Virus record (IMG/VR): IMGVR_UViG_3300035491_000281
DNA length: 64,000 bases
Direction: 5' to 3' (one strand)
From: a virus
Lineage: Duplodnaviria; Caudoviricetes
The position numbers were made by a program, and so were the translations under genes. Shown one piece after another: positions 7,811 to 17,477 of this stretch (the first letter of the stretch is position 1; each line of letters begins with the position of its first letter). The notes below the pieces were generated by a model that made no database searches, was not told the DNA's origin, and saw only the letters and a program-made list of their open reading frames with translations.

Positions 7811-8917
7811 TCAGAAGTCAACCGCGAACTGTACTTCCTCGTCGTCGCGCGACAGCACGTTGACCTTGTATTGGCCATTGGCTTCTTCCTGAGGGGAAGG
7901 TTGGGTGTCGGAGATGTCGATCCAGCTCTTCATGTAGTGCAGAGGATTGGTTTCGACCTGCGGGAAGTTCATTTCCAGACGCAGGGGGCGGGCGACGTTG
8001 GTCGCCGAGAACAACACCCAGCGGTTGAGGCCGTCCATGGTCAGCTTCTTCAGGTCCTCCCCCTCGGCAAACACGAACTTGTTCCACTCAAGCTCGGTGG
8101 CAACGATCTCATTGAGTACCGCCTCCATCCGGGGTTTGAGTTGTTGGTAGGCAATCTGCCCGCGTTCGGTCTTGAGTTCATGGGTGAGCACCGCCCGATC
8201 GAGGTCAACATGGACTTCGTATTCGTCCTGGCAGATTTTCTGCACCGCCTTGCAGATTGGCATGAACAAGCCTTCTTCCCCAAGCGCAAAGGTCACGGCA
8301 AAAGAGGCCATGAACTGAACTCGCTCCAGGCAGAGCATAACGAAGGCGAACATGAAGACCGCATTGTAGGTCTCCTGATCGTTCGGTACCATCCCCAAGG
8401 CGTACTTCAGACCCCGCTCCCGAATCCAACTCAGCTCGCGCGCGACCGCGTTCAGGCGTTGCATGGCTTCGGTGATCGACAGGATCTCGGCCAGCACGCT
8501 GCGCGGGTCGTCGAAGCTGGAGCGGACGATTTCCGAGTAGGTGGCGGCGTGCACCACTTCGTTGTCGGAAATGCGCTGCCAGGCGGCCCAGAGTTCCGGA
8601 CAGGGGTCGAACAGACTGATCACGTGGGCGATGGTGCGGGAGGCCACCGTATCGGCTTCCCACTGCCAGGCCAGCGACTTGATCATCTTCTGCGACTTAG
8701 ACCGTGGCGCCTGCTTGAACTGGGCGTTGCAGGGATGGTAGTCGAATTCGATTTCATCCCAATCCAGTTCTTTCATCGCCTTGTACAGCGACCAGACCAC
8801 CGGGTGATTGCGGTTGACGGTGTCGAACAACCCCAATGGTTGACCGAGGAACAGACTCTGCTCTTTATAGTCGGTTTTCTCGGCATTGAAAATCTTTGGA
8901 TCAAACGTAACAGTCAT
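7811..8917 (-). CDS. nrdB: Class Ia ribonucleotide reductase beta subunit
   Basis: Di-iron ligands WQWEAD, NEVVHAATY (radical Tyr), LERVQFMASF, QDEYEVH; C-terminal QYK tail. Confidence 0.95.
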   Translation of the reverse strand: MTVTFDPKIFNAEKTDYKEQSLFLGQPLGLFDTVNRNHPVVWSLYKAMKELDWDEIEFDYHPCNAQFKQAPRSKSQKMIKSLAWQWEADTVASRTIAHVISLFDPCPELWAAWQRISDNEVVHAATYSEIVRSSFDDPRSVLAEILSITEAMQRLNAVARELSWIRERGLKYALGMVPNDQETYNAVFMFAFVMLCLERVQFMASFAVTFALGEEGLFMPICKAVQKICQDEYEVHVDLDRAVLTHELKTERGQIAYQQLKPRMEAVLNEIVATELEWNKFVFAEGEDLKKLTMDGLNRWVLFSATNVARPLRLEMNFPQVETNPLHYMKSWIDISDTQPSPQEEANGQYKVNVLSRDDEEVQFAVDF

Positions 8918-8973
8918 GTGTTAAACCTGTAAAGAAAGGAAGGGGTGAAGTGCTCGGCTCCACCCCCTGGTAG

Positions 8974-11442
8974 TTACATCTTGCAGCCGCCCGCACCGCA
9001 GTCAGCCGCTTCCTGGCCGTCGGTGTTGAGGGAAACCACCTCTACCATGGTGCCGTCATCCAGAGCTTTCTGCTTGGACGTCATGCTGTTCTGGTAGTAA
9101 CGCGACTTCAGGCCCATCTTCGTCATGTAGAAGAAGCCGTTGAGCATTTCCGTCGAGGTGATCTTCTCCCCTTGCGAGATCCGCCGCCAGAGGTCGGCCG
9201 AGATGCCCTGATCGGTCCACTTCTGCGCAATGGCGTACATGTCGACCTGATCGATGTGGCTGAGATCCCAGGCAGTCTGGTAATGGTCGCCCAGAGTATC
9301 GCCTTCCGGGGCAGCCCAACGCGACTTGATGTTGTTGTCGGTCTTGGTCAGTACCAGCTCCCGCACCGGGTACAGGGAGTTCGGCTGACCAGAGGCCTTG
9401 GAGCTGGACTCGCCCGGCATGTGGCTGGCTACACAGCTGAAACGCATCCCGCGGTTGGCAATGAGTGCGGCACGAACCGCATCCCAGTCACGGGTCAGTT
9501 CTTGTGTATGGATACTGTCAACGTTGCGGTTGTAGGTATCCAGCGGCAAGTAACCTTCCGGCCAACGCGTGCGGTGCATCCACGGTGCATTCCCCCGCTC
9601 CTGACCCAGCTTGATCGACTGAGTGATCAGGTGGTACATGTGGGTCTCGTGCAGGCGGTGCATGGCGTTCTTGCCTTCAATATCGTCGTAACGATAGTGA
9701 TTCTTCGCCATCCAGTAGGCCAGGCCCATGATACCGATACCGGCGTTCATGCGGGCTTTGCTGGTGTAACCGATATGCGGTAGTTCGTAGTGCGCCTTGT
9801 GAATGCAGATATCCACCATCAGTAGGGCGTAGTAGATGACCTCGGCGTACTCTTCGTCCGACTCGATCATCGCCGGCACTACCGCGGCAATGTTACACAT
9901 GGCCACTTCCGGCTCAGCCTTGGTTTCGAGGATCTTCCAGACCTTACCGACTTTTCCATCCTGCGTGGCGTAGGACTGACCCACCTGCAGGTCAATGGCC
10001 GGAATTACCGTGCGTTTCGTACCCACCACGGTTACCGGTTCCACAGCCGACAACTTCAGCTCTACGCCGCCGTCGTTGATGAAACGGATGAAGCCCACCG
10101 ATTCCGCCTGGTACAGATCCATCATGTGCTGGTAGCCACGCTGTGGCAGCATGATTTCCTGACACAGATTGGAGGCGTAGATGGTGTCGTAGAACGGGGT
10201 GTGACGATTCATCTCGTCAACCCAGGTCAGGTAGTAGCGACCGGTCTCGTATGCTTCGTTCAGCGCCAGCAGGATCTGCTCACGGGCGTTGAAGTAGTCC
10301 TTGACAAACAGTGGGTCCTGTTCGTACTTGGTGTAGAGCTCCTCGAAGCGCTTCTCGTCGCCCGAGTACAGAGCGTCGTAGAGATCTGGCGCGGTGAAGC
10401 TGTTGAAGCGGAACAGCTTTTCCTTGCGGGCAGCGAAACGGGCCAGCCATTTGTTGACCGACATGCTGTAGTCGATCCCGCGGATCTTTTTGCTGTCTAC
10501 CGACATCGGGTTAGCCAGCGAGACCAGGGTTTCGCCTTCGGGGTCGTACGCCTGCCAGGTCAGCGTGTCAGCGCCACCGCGACCATTCTGCAGATTCGCG
10601 CCGACCATCTCTTTGGTGGCACGGATGTACGGTAGTTTACCCTGGTGTTCGATCATACCGCCGCGCACCGGATCACCGATGGAGCGGGTATTGAGGTGCG
10701 TACCACAACCGGCCGACATGTAGGTCATGGTGTAAGCAATATGCAGACCCACCCCGATGGACGCGGCATCGTCGTTGTTGCTGTAGATGCAGCAGGAGGC
10801 GTAGCCATTCAGTGGCGTGCCCAGGTTAACGAAATTCGGGGTCGGGGCATTCAGACGACCACCGGAGAGGTGGTAGTAGAGGCGCTCGACGTCGCGCATG
10901 CGGCGCGCTTTGGGTTGGTCTTCGGCCAATGCCATGGCCATGCGCATGTAAGTGTATTGCGGGGTCTCGTAGTTGACGCGCTTGACGCGGTCCTGCAACC
11001 CGTACTTCTTGAAAATGTAGTCCAGACGGAAGTGTGGGTAGGTCTTGTCGAGGTTGTGGTTGATGATCTGCTCGACCTGCGCATATTCAGCGTCGCTGTA
11101 GCGCAGTTTGACCATGTAGCCAATTCCAGCCAGTTTCTGATGCAGTTCTTGCACCGTCGGCATCTGGCGACCAAAGGTGCGCTTGTGCAGCAACGGGGCG
11201 AGCAGGCGTCCAGCCATGAGGTAGTGCGACCAGGTTTCGCCCTGCAGGGTACGCTCAATCAGGCGGTCCTGCAACTCCAGAGAGCTGAGTACGGTCGGGG
11301 CTTCGTTGACGACATCAAGTAAAATACTCTGCCAGTCAATCTGGACCGGTAGGTTCTCCGCAGCATACTCTCCCCAACGCTTAAGCTTGGGGGCAATGAA
11401 GGGTTCACTGTAGCCGTCGAATTTGATAACTTCTTTGATCAT
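8974..11442 (-). CDS. nrdA: Class Ia ribonucleotide reductase alpha subunit
   Basis: ATP-cone-like N-terminus, PTP, ASCC, SNLCQEI, MCN, HMPGESSS, KSRYY, C-terminal CGAGGC. Confidence 0.95.
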   Translation of the reverse strand: MIKEVIKFDGYSEPFIAPKLKRWGEYAAENLPVQIDWQSILLDVVNEAPTVLSSLELQDRLIERTLQGETWSHYLMAGRLLAPLLHKRTFGRQMPTVQELHQKLAGIGYMVKLRYSDAEYAQVEQIINHNLDKTYPHFRLDYIFKKYGLQDRVKRVNYETPQYTYMRMAMALAEDQPKARRMRDVERLYYHLSGGRLNAPTPNFVNLGTPLNGYASCCIYSNNDDAASIGVGLHIAYTMTYMSAGCGTHLNTRSIGDPVRGGMIEHQGKLPYIRATKEMVGANLQNGRGGADTLTWQAYDPEGETLVSLANPMSVDSKKIRGIDYSMSVNKWLARFAARKEKLFRFNSFTAPDLYDALYSGDEKRFEELYTKYEQDPLFVKDYFNAREQILLALNEAYETGRYYLTWVDEMNRHTPFYDTIYASNLCQEIMLPQRGYQHMMDLYQAESVGFIRFINDGGVELKLSAVEPVTVVGTKRTVIPAIDLQVGQSYATQDGKVGKVWKILETKAEPEVAMCNIAAVVPAMIESDEEYAEVIYYALLMVDICIHKAHYELPHIGYTSKARMNAGIGIMGLAYWMAKNHYRYDDIEGKNAMHRLHETHMYHLITQSIKLGQERGNAPWMHRTRWPEGYLPLDTYNRNVDSIHTQELTRDWDAVRAALIANRGMRFSCVASHMPGESSSKASGQPNSLYPVRELVLTKTDNNIKSRWAAPEGDTLGDHYQTAWDLSHIDQVDMYAIAQKWTDQGISADLWRRISQGEKITSTEMLNGFFYMTKMGLKSRYYQNSMTSKQKALDDGTMVEVVSLNTDGQEAADCGAGGCKM

Positions 11443-11731
11443 GGTTGGTATGCCTTAACCGTACAGCGTAGGGAATAAAAAAACAGCCGTGACGGCTGCT
11501 GTGTCAAGTGCGGAGTTCTTAGGCAATGACTCCGTCGGAATTCGTTGGGTCGGATGGGTTACCTTAGCCTCCCCAGCTATAGGATAACCCCAAAACCGTT
11601 TAGCATACTTTTATCCGTCGGGGTATCTTTTCCCAACCCCGCATCAACACTGGACTTGTCGAAAACCACGGCTAAAAAATACACTAGAGTACCCTATCAG
11701 ACACTAGACAATAACCCCTTCGGACATTGCC

Positions 11732-11983
11732 ATGTTCCCTACACTCGCCTTTGCCGTCTGCCTTGCGCTGATCCTGTTCGTGGTCAGTTCATTGGCGGTC
11801 AACCCCTTCCGTTATGACTTCATGACCTTGGATGAGCGTATCGCTCAACTAAAGGATGACATCCAGCAGAACCCTAAGGGGTACGCGGCCGTGTACTTCC
11901 TGTGGTTGATTCCATCCATGATCATCGCCTGCCTGTTCGACTTCACCAGTCGGATTTTTGCACACGCCCTTTTAGGAGTCTGA
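11732..11983 (+). CDS. Small two-TM membrane protein
   Basis: Two hydrophobic segments. Confidence 0.55.
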   Translation: MFPTLAFAVCLALILFVVSSLAVNPFRYDFMTLDERIAQLKDDIQQNPKGYAAVYFLWLIPSMIIACLFDFTSRIFAHALLGV

Positions 11984-11986
11984 TCG

Positions 11987-12874
11987 ATGAACGATCTGAA
12001 TGTTCACTGTGTGTACCACGCCGACTGCCTTGACGGCTTCACAGCAGCGTGGGTGGTAAAGCAGTTCTATCCGAACGCTACATTCGAGGCAGCCGAATAC
12101 GGCGCATCCCTCCCGGATGTGCCGGCCGACACCCACGTCCTGATCGTGGACTTCTCCTACCCCGCGGATAAGTTGGCAGAACTTGCTCAGCGTGTACGTT
12201 GGGTGACGGTGATCGATCACCACGCCTCAGCGATCAATGCGCTGACGCCGTACCGACACAGCCTACCGAGTAATGTCGATCTCATTCTGGACCTCGAACG
12301 CTCGGGCGCGGGTTTGACTTGGGACTTCCTTTATAAGCCAGAGGAACACAACTACCCCAAAAGCTTGAAGGAGAGAAATGGACGGGGATTCACGCCCAGC
12401 ATTGTAACTTATGTCCAAGACCGAGACCTGTGGCGCTTCGTTCATGGTGACGTCACTCGACAGTATTGTCGTTACCTGATTGCCTGCGAGTTCACCTTCG
12501 AGGAATGGGATCGGGCGCATTTCATGGACCCGCTTGCCGTCTGCGCCAAAGGGCAGGTGCTAATGCAAAGCGATGATCGATTCATCGACTGGCATCTGAA
12601 GAACACCAAGCGCTCGATTCAGCTCGGGCCGTATCGCGCCCCGCTGGTGAACGTGCCGCGTTACCTGATGTCGGAAACCCTCAACCGACTGACCGAGGAT
12701 AACGACCTGGTTGTAGGTTACTACGACACCAAGAAAGGGCGCCGATTCCGCCTGAATGCTCCGAAGGGTAGTCCGGTCGATTGCGCGGCGTTAGCTGAGC
12801 AGTTCGGTGGAGGTGGACATCGCACCTCAGCAGGATTTACTGTTCCACGTGACCACCGCCTCGCCAAAGTCTAA
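11987..12874 (+). CDS. DHH/DHHA1 phosphoesterase (NrnB/oligoribonuclease-like)
   Basis: YHADCLDG, IVDFS, IDHH, QDRDLW, GGGGHRTSAGF. Confidence 0.9.
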   Translation: MNDLNVHCVYHADCLDGFTAAWVVKQFYPNATFEAAEYGASLPDVPADTHVLIVDFSYPADKLAELAQRVRWVTVIDHHASAINALTPYRHSLPSNVDLILDLERSGAGLTWDFLYKPEEHNYPKSLKERNGRGFTPSIVTYVQDRDLWRFVHGDVTRQYCRYLIACEFTFEEWDRAHFMDPLAVCAKGQVLMQSDDRFIDWHLKNTKRSIQLGPYRAPLVNVPRYLMSETLNRLTEDNDLVVGYYDTKKGRRFRLNAPKGSPVDCAALAEQFGGGGHRTSAGFTVPRDHRLAKV

Positions 12875-12878
12875 TCGA

Positions 12879-12940
12879 CGGCATACACCCCCAACCTACC
12901 CGTGTCGAAACACCGGTGGGCTGGGGGTGGGCTTATGCCG
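12879..12940. terminator. Bidirectional CGGCATA-hairpin-TTATGCCG element at a convergent junction
   Basis: CGGCATA 12879-12885 and TTATGCCG 12933-12940 enclose a nested stem. Confidence 0.65.
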
Positions 12941-12948
12941 CTAGTGGG

Positions 12949-14673
12949 TTACAGGGGGCCGTAGGCGTTACAGGTTTTACCGATACGCTTAAGCAAGGGA
13001 TTAGCATTCTCCTTGATCGTACCGTCGGCTTTGTTCATGCCGTTGGCATAGTTGTCGCCGAACCCCGGGCCACTGAGCCATTGTGTGGATGGGATATTGT
13101 GTTGATCAAACAGGTCGTAAAGCGCGTCCAGAGCTTCGATCAGGTAGCCGGCAGTGGCTGGACCACCGAACTCACCCGCGAAGCCACGCTTCTTATTGGT
13201 CTTGAGCCAGTTGATCCAGATGCTCCAGTCTTTGACGCCCTGATCAGCAGTTACCGGATCGGTCAGCGATTTCCACTGACCACCCCCGTTGCCCTGTTTG
13301 TCCATGTACTGATGGGCTTCGTAGAGCAGGCGATCGGATGGGTCGTGAAGGTCTTTGAGGTTGTCGCTCTGCGACGGCCATAGTTTGGCGGAGCTATAGG
13401 CGTTACCTCCAATCAGAATAAAGGTATTTCGATCTACCTTCCGAATAGTGTCGATACACATCTGCGCGGCGATAGGCCATTTACTGTTAACGTCTACCTT
13501 GTCATCGTTGCGGTAGTGGGGCTCGTTCATCAACCCGTACCCCAACAGCGCTGGATGATCCTTGAACACGGTGGCTAGCCGTTGCCAGAAATCAGCCAAG
13601 CCTTCGTATGAGATTGGGCAATCGGGCTCACCGATCACCGTCCACATGGCAATGCCGTCGGCTAGATGGTTGTGGTACTCAGCATAATGCCGGCCCGATT
13701 GGGCGCGGCTACTTACCTTCGCCCACCAACGGAAATAGTTGTGGAGGTCGATCACCACCTTCCCCTGATACTTGTGGATCAGATCCATTGCCTCGATGAT
13801 TTCATCCAGATAGGGTCGGTACAAGGCTTCGCCATTAACGCTGATCAGACGTTCGCCGGCAATCGGTAGGCGGGCAATCCAACTCTCGCCTGGTTTGAGT
13901 TTCTTGACGAAGCCTACCAGTAGCTTCTCTTCCGGTTTACGGTAGTGGGTACCGGCCTTGGTTACGCCAATCCCGTTGATCGCATCTAACGCGGGGTTAT
14001 TACCCAATCCGGCGACGTTCATGCCACGCAATGGTAACTCCCCTTCAGGCTTTGGGGTCGGGGTCGGTTGGACTACCTCCTCGTCAGTCGGCGGTACATG
14101 ATCAGTGGGTTGGTCATCGTCGGGTTGGTAATCACTCAATACCGCGTTGATCTCGTGGGGATACCCGACTTGTTCGGGGTCTAAGCGGTCGCCGTCCATG
14201 AAGATGCTGATGTTATTGCCGACCAGCTGTTGGTACGTGATCTTGCGCACGTCGCCGTTAGCCAAGCGTACCGTAGCCCCCTCGATAAAGTTGGTTTGGT
14301 TGGCTGAGGTGAGTGGGATCGATACACCGGCCCGGTCGCGGAGCCAAACACCCCGGTTCCAGTCGTTGTTGCTGAAGTTATTGATCGGAGCAGGATATCC
14401 CACCTCGTGAGGTGGATTGGGGATCTCGGGTTCGGTAACGGTCGAATCCGGAATAGACGGAGCAGGCTGCTCCGGAGTTGGGGTGGGTTGCACCGGAAGC
14501 GTTCCGGCCGTCAGTTCTGAAATCACAGCGGACAAGCGAGTCAGCGACGTATTGAGTTCGCTGACATGCCTTGATAAAGTCTGGTTCTGTTCAACCAGCC
14601 CCTGTATCTGCTGGCCGAACTCAGCTTTGAGTTTATCGACCGTGGCTTGGGCAATGATGTCTTCTGCTGACAT
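12949..14673 (-). CDS. GH5 endoglucanase (cellulase family) with N-terminal coiled coil, Pro/Thr linkers and an accessory domain
   Basis: IDLHNY, GYGLMNEP (acid/base Glu), YEAHQYMD, AGEFG (nucleophile Glu), QWLSGP. Confidence 0.9.
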   Translation of the reverse strand: MSAEDIIAQATVDKLKAEFGQQIQGLVEQNQTLSRHVSELNTSLTRLSAVISELTAGTLPVQPTPTPEQPAPSIPDSTVTEPEIPNPPHEVGYPAPINNFSNNDWNRGVWLRDRAGVSIPLTSANQTNFIEGATVRLANGDVRKITYQQLVGNNISIFMDGDRLDPEQVGYPHEINAVLSDYQPDDDQPTDHVPPTDEEVVQPTPTPKPEGELPLRGMNVAGLGNNPALDAINGIGVTKAGTHYRKPEEKLLVGFVKKLKPGESWIARLPIAGERLISVNGEALYRPYLDEIIEAMDLIHKYQGKVVIDLHNYFRWWAKVSSRAQSGRHYAEYHNHLADGIAMWTVIGEPDCPISYEGLADFWQRLATVFKDHPALLGYGLMNEPHYRNDDKVDVNSKWPIAAQMCIDTIRKVDRNTFILIGGNAYSSAKLWPSQSDNLKDLHDPSDRLLYEAHQYMDKQGNGGGQWKSLTDPVTADQGVKDWSIWINWLKTNKKRGFAGEFGGPATAGYLIEALDALYDLFDQHNIPSTQWLSGPGFGDNYANGMNKADGTIKENANPLLKRIGKTCNAYGPL

Positions 14674-14895
14674 GGGTATACCTCATTCATTAAAGGACTT
14701 ACGGCCTTGTTGTGAATAAGTGTGCGGCATAAACACGTCCTCGACGTTAAAGGTATCCGTACCTGTGTCGAGTTTTATAGTGATCCACATCCTTGCGGAC
14801 ATACGTCAATAGAATAATAACCTCCAGTAAAAGTTGTTTTCTTAAGGTCTGGGCGCACCCTAATATGCTATGCCCACCCCTTAGGAGTCCACATC

Positions 14896-15240
14896 ATGCC
14901 TCTGTTCCGCAAAAAGCCCATAGCCATCGTCGCCGACCGTTGGTTCAAAAACGGTGACCACCCTGAAGACCATTCGGAGAAGGTCATGCATAACGGCGAG
15001 ATCTTTCTCACCGAAGGTAAGGTGGTGGGCTTCTACATCCGTAACATGCCGAGTGGGACCAATCCACACCGGGCCTGCGAGCATTGCTGTAAGATCATGG
15101 AGGCTCACGGTTGGATCGAGACCCTCGAAGGCGGTCACATCGTCTGTCCGGGCGACTGGGTCATCACCGGCGTTAAAGGCGAGCGGTACCCCTGCAAGCC
15201 GGACGTCTTCGATTCCAGCTATGAGCCGGTGGAGCAATAA
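14896..15240 (+). CDS. Conserved phage protein (PGDW/PGDY-motif family)
   Basis: FRKKP...GWIETLEGGHIVCPGDWVITGVKGERYPCKPDVF; AGGAG SD. Confidence 0.75.
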   Translation: MPLFRKKPIAIVADRWFKNGDHPEDHSEKVMHNGEIFLTEGKVVGFYIRNMPSGTNPHRACEHCCKIMEAHGWIETLEGGHIVCPGDWVITGVKGERYPCKPDVFDSSYEPVEQ

Positions 15241-15289
15241 CCTCACGACGAGACCCTTCGGGGTCTCGTTTATGTTGATTGAACCAGAT

Positions 15290-15305
15290 TTGAAACCCAT
15301 ATCAC
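15290..15305 (+). promoter_or_regulatory. Candidate early promoter
   Basis: TTGAAACCCATATCAC, directly after a hairpin and upstream of ORF 15361. Confidence 0.5.
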
Positions 15306-15360
15306 CCGCATGAACCAACTGGCGCTATCGCCATTAACCCCGTCTTGTAGGAGAGACACC

Positions 15361-15594
15361 ATGACCACTAACAACCTTGAAACCCTCGTTACCGACATCA
15401 CCCTGGAAGATCTGGCTCTTACGCTCGGCGCGCGGCGTGTGAACAAACTGCTGGAGGAAGGCAAGTCCCGTGAAGCTCAGATCCTGGGTAACCAACTGAA
15501 AGAACAGCGCAATGCAATGCTGCGTAAAGTTCACCAGGTGATGGCCAGCAACGATCGGGCGGCCATCGAAAGCATTCTCGGCAAGTGCGCTTAA
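15361..15594 (+). CDS. Hypothetical protein
   Basis: AGGAGA SD before ATG 15361. Confidence 0.65.
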   Translation: MTTNNLETLVTDITLEDLALTLGARRVNKLLEEGKSREAQILGNQLKEQRNAMLRKVHQVMASNDRAAIESILGKCA

Positions 15595-15604
15595 GGAGGA
15601 AGGT

Positions 15605-16036
15605 ATGCAATTCACCGCGCAACAGCGAATTGCCTTTAATAGCTGTCTGGATAAGCTTCGCCGAACCATCAGCTATATCAGCCACCCCACTTTGGAACAG
15701 GCCATTAAGCTGGCACGGTTCTGGGCCGGCTGTGCCGAAGAGCAGATCGGACAGGTGGTGAAGTATCCGATCCACGGTAACCCGCACGTGGTAATCGCCG
15801 GCGCACACGGTGCCGTGACCATTAACCAGCACGGGACGGTGGAACTCTACGGCCGTTACAGCGATGAGGATTCGCTCTTCAAAAAGAATCCGAAACTACT
15901 CACAACGATTGCGTTACACGTAATCAATAATGAGTCAGTGGTACATTACTTTAAAGTCGCCGATGAATTCGCCGAGTTGGACGAACTTCTGGCTGGAGCA
16001 TCGCAACCACTTCAAGTGGCGGCAAAAGAAGGGTAA
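15605..16036 (+). CDS. Hypothetical protein
   Basis: GGAGGAAGG SD; followed by a hairpin plus T-tract. Confidence 0.65.
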   Translation: MQFTAQQRIAFNSCLDKLRRTISYISHPTLEQAIKLARFWAGCAEEQIGQVVKYPIHGNPHVVIAGAHGAVTINQHGTVELYGRYSDEDSLFKKNPKLLTTIALHVINNESVVHYFKVADEFAELDELLAGASQPLQVAAKEG

Positions 16037-16124
16037 CCCCCTTCTTTTTTTGTATAGTCGAGTAAAAAAATATACAGATAGGGCATGCTATGCCAACAAC
16101 TTATCACCACAAGAGTGAACAATA

Positions 16125-16631
16125 ATGTCTGAAATCTGCATGATTGCAGCCGCCTCCCTCAACAACGTCATCGGTATTAACGGGCAGATCCCGTGGCACC
16201 TCCCGCAGGATCTCAAACACTTCATGCGCACCACCATGGGTCTTCCCTGCATCATGGGGCGTAAGACGTATGCGTCCATCGGACGAGCCCTGCCGGGCCG
16301 GCGTTGCTATGTGGTGTCGCGGACACTGAAAAGTCTGCCTGACGCGGTCGTCGTACCTACGCTGGAAATTGCCATCGCTCGTGCCAAGGCGCACGAGAAA
16401 GAAAAGGTGTTCATCATCGGTGGGGGTGAACTCTATCGCGATGGGGAGGTTCACGCCGACACGATCTATCTAACCCGAGTACTGCGTCGGTTCGAGGGTG
16501 ATGCGTTTTTCCCGGAACTCGATGACCGATTCTGGAGACGCGATAACTTCTGCGGTCACGAAGGACTCGATACCGACGACCAACCACTCCGATTCAACAT
16601 CGAACTCTGGAAGCGGGTTCGCGACCTCTAA
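16125..16631 (+). CDS. folA: Dihydrofolate reductase
   Basis: IGINGQIPWHLPQDLKHF, IMGRKTY.SI, LPGR, FIIGGGELY, GDAFFP. Confidence 0.95.
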   Translation: MSEICMIAAASLNNVIGINGQIPWHLPQDLKHFMRTTMGLPCIMGRKTYASIGRALPGRRCYVVSRTLKSLPDAVVVPTLEIAIARAKAHEKEKVFIIGGGELYRDGEVHADTIYLTRVLRRFEGDAFFPELDDRFWRRDNFCGHEGLDTDDQPLRFNIELWKRVRDL

Positions 16632-16645
16632 CGCGTGGAGGCATT

Positions 16646-16861
16646 ATGGCTGGGTTTAGCATTAGTCATCAGGATTGGATCAAATGGCGCGATGGATTTT
16701 ATCAAACCCGGAAGGCCCCGTGCCACCTTGGGGTGGCGTTTCTGGAATGTCATAAGCTGTTAAACCCAGTCGTCTACTTCGCTACCGATAACGCGGAAGC
16801 GGAGCGACTGATTCAAGAAATCTACGTCGTATATACGGCGAGGAAACCCAAAGCGGCCTGA
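16646..16861 (+). CDS. Hypothetical protein
   Basis: GGAGG SD. Confidence 0.55.
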   Translation: MAGFSISHQDWIKWRDGFYQTRKAPCHLGVAFLECHKLLNPVVYFATDNAEAERLIQEIYVVYTARKPKAA

Positions 16862-16956
16862 GGCATTTGCCTCAGGCTTTACCTTTGTACTTTTTTCTTT
16901 GGTAGTTGTAGTGATGCCAGAATGCTATGGCTTTACTACATCAGGACTAAATTACA

Positions 16957-17328
16957 ATGAACCAGGCAGTTCAGTCAGAGACGGTCACAACAGTACTTAA
17001 GTTTCGCCCTAATATTCACATACACCTTCTTGCCAGTAAGCCTGAGGGTATTTCCGACGATGTCCTTGGTAACTACGGGTATTATCTCGAAGATCACTAC
17101 AACGACGAACGTCAATACTTTTACATGACGGTCAACGGGGTGGTCGCCCATCCGCGTCTGCATAAAGAAATCGACATGATCGCCAGTCTGGGTCGCTACC
17201 TGGAACGGAAGTTCCGCGCCAAGCGCCTGAAGGTGACCGGATTCAAGTTACCTCAGTCGCACGGCTTCAGCGGTAATCGTTACGATTATTTTCAGGTTGT
17301 TCAGCTTTTCGAGCACGCCGGTATCTGA
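16957..17328 (+). CDS. Hypothetical protein
   Basis: AGGA SD; followed by a hairpin-TTATGCCG element. Confidence 0.6.
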   Translation: MNQAVQSETVTTVLKFRPNIHIHLLASKPEGISDDVLGNYGYYLEDHYNDERQYFYMTVNGVVAHPRLHKEIDMIASLGRYLERKFRAKRLKVTGFKLPQSHGFSGNRYDYFQVVQLFEHAGI

Positions 17329-17477
17329 AGGTATCCCACCTGGCTTGCCGGGTGGGCGTTTATGCCGTTAGAGCCCGACGGCATAGTAGCACTCCAGCCA
17401 GAAGACCCAGTTCCTTAGGTCTCCCAGCCAGAGTCTTTACCGACCACGATTAAGGGGCCGTACTACATAAGATACAA

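Noticed and set aside
7871-8932. Long + strand ORF opposite nrdB; likewise 5202-6005, 6387-6869, 17961-19148, 30526-32646, 37091-38335, 46378-47535, 51047-52750 and 61814-63484
   Set aside because: Antisense shadows of real genes with strong codon bias in a GC-rich genome; no motifs or SD sites
9895-10164. Active intein in nrdA
   Set aside because: No N-terminal Cys/Ser and C-terminal His-Asn splice junctions, too short, and not at the usual position before the catalytic Cys
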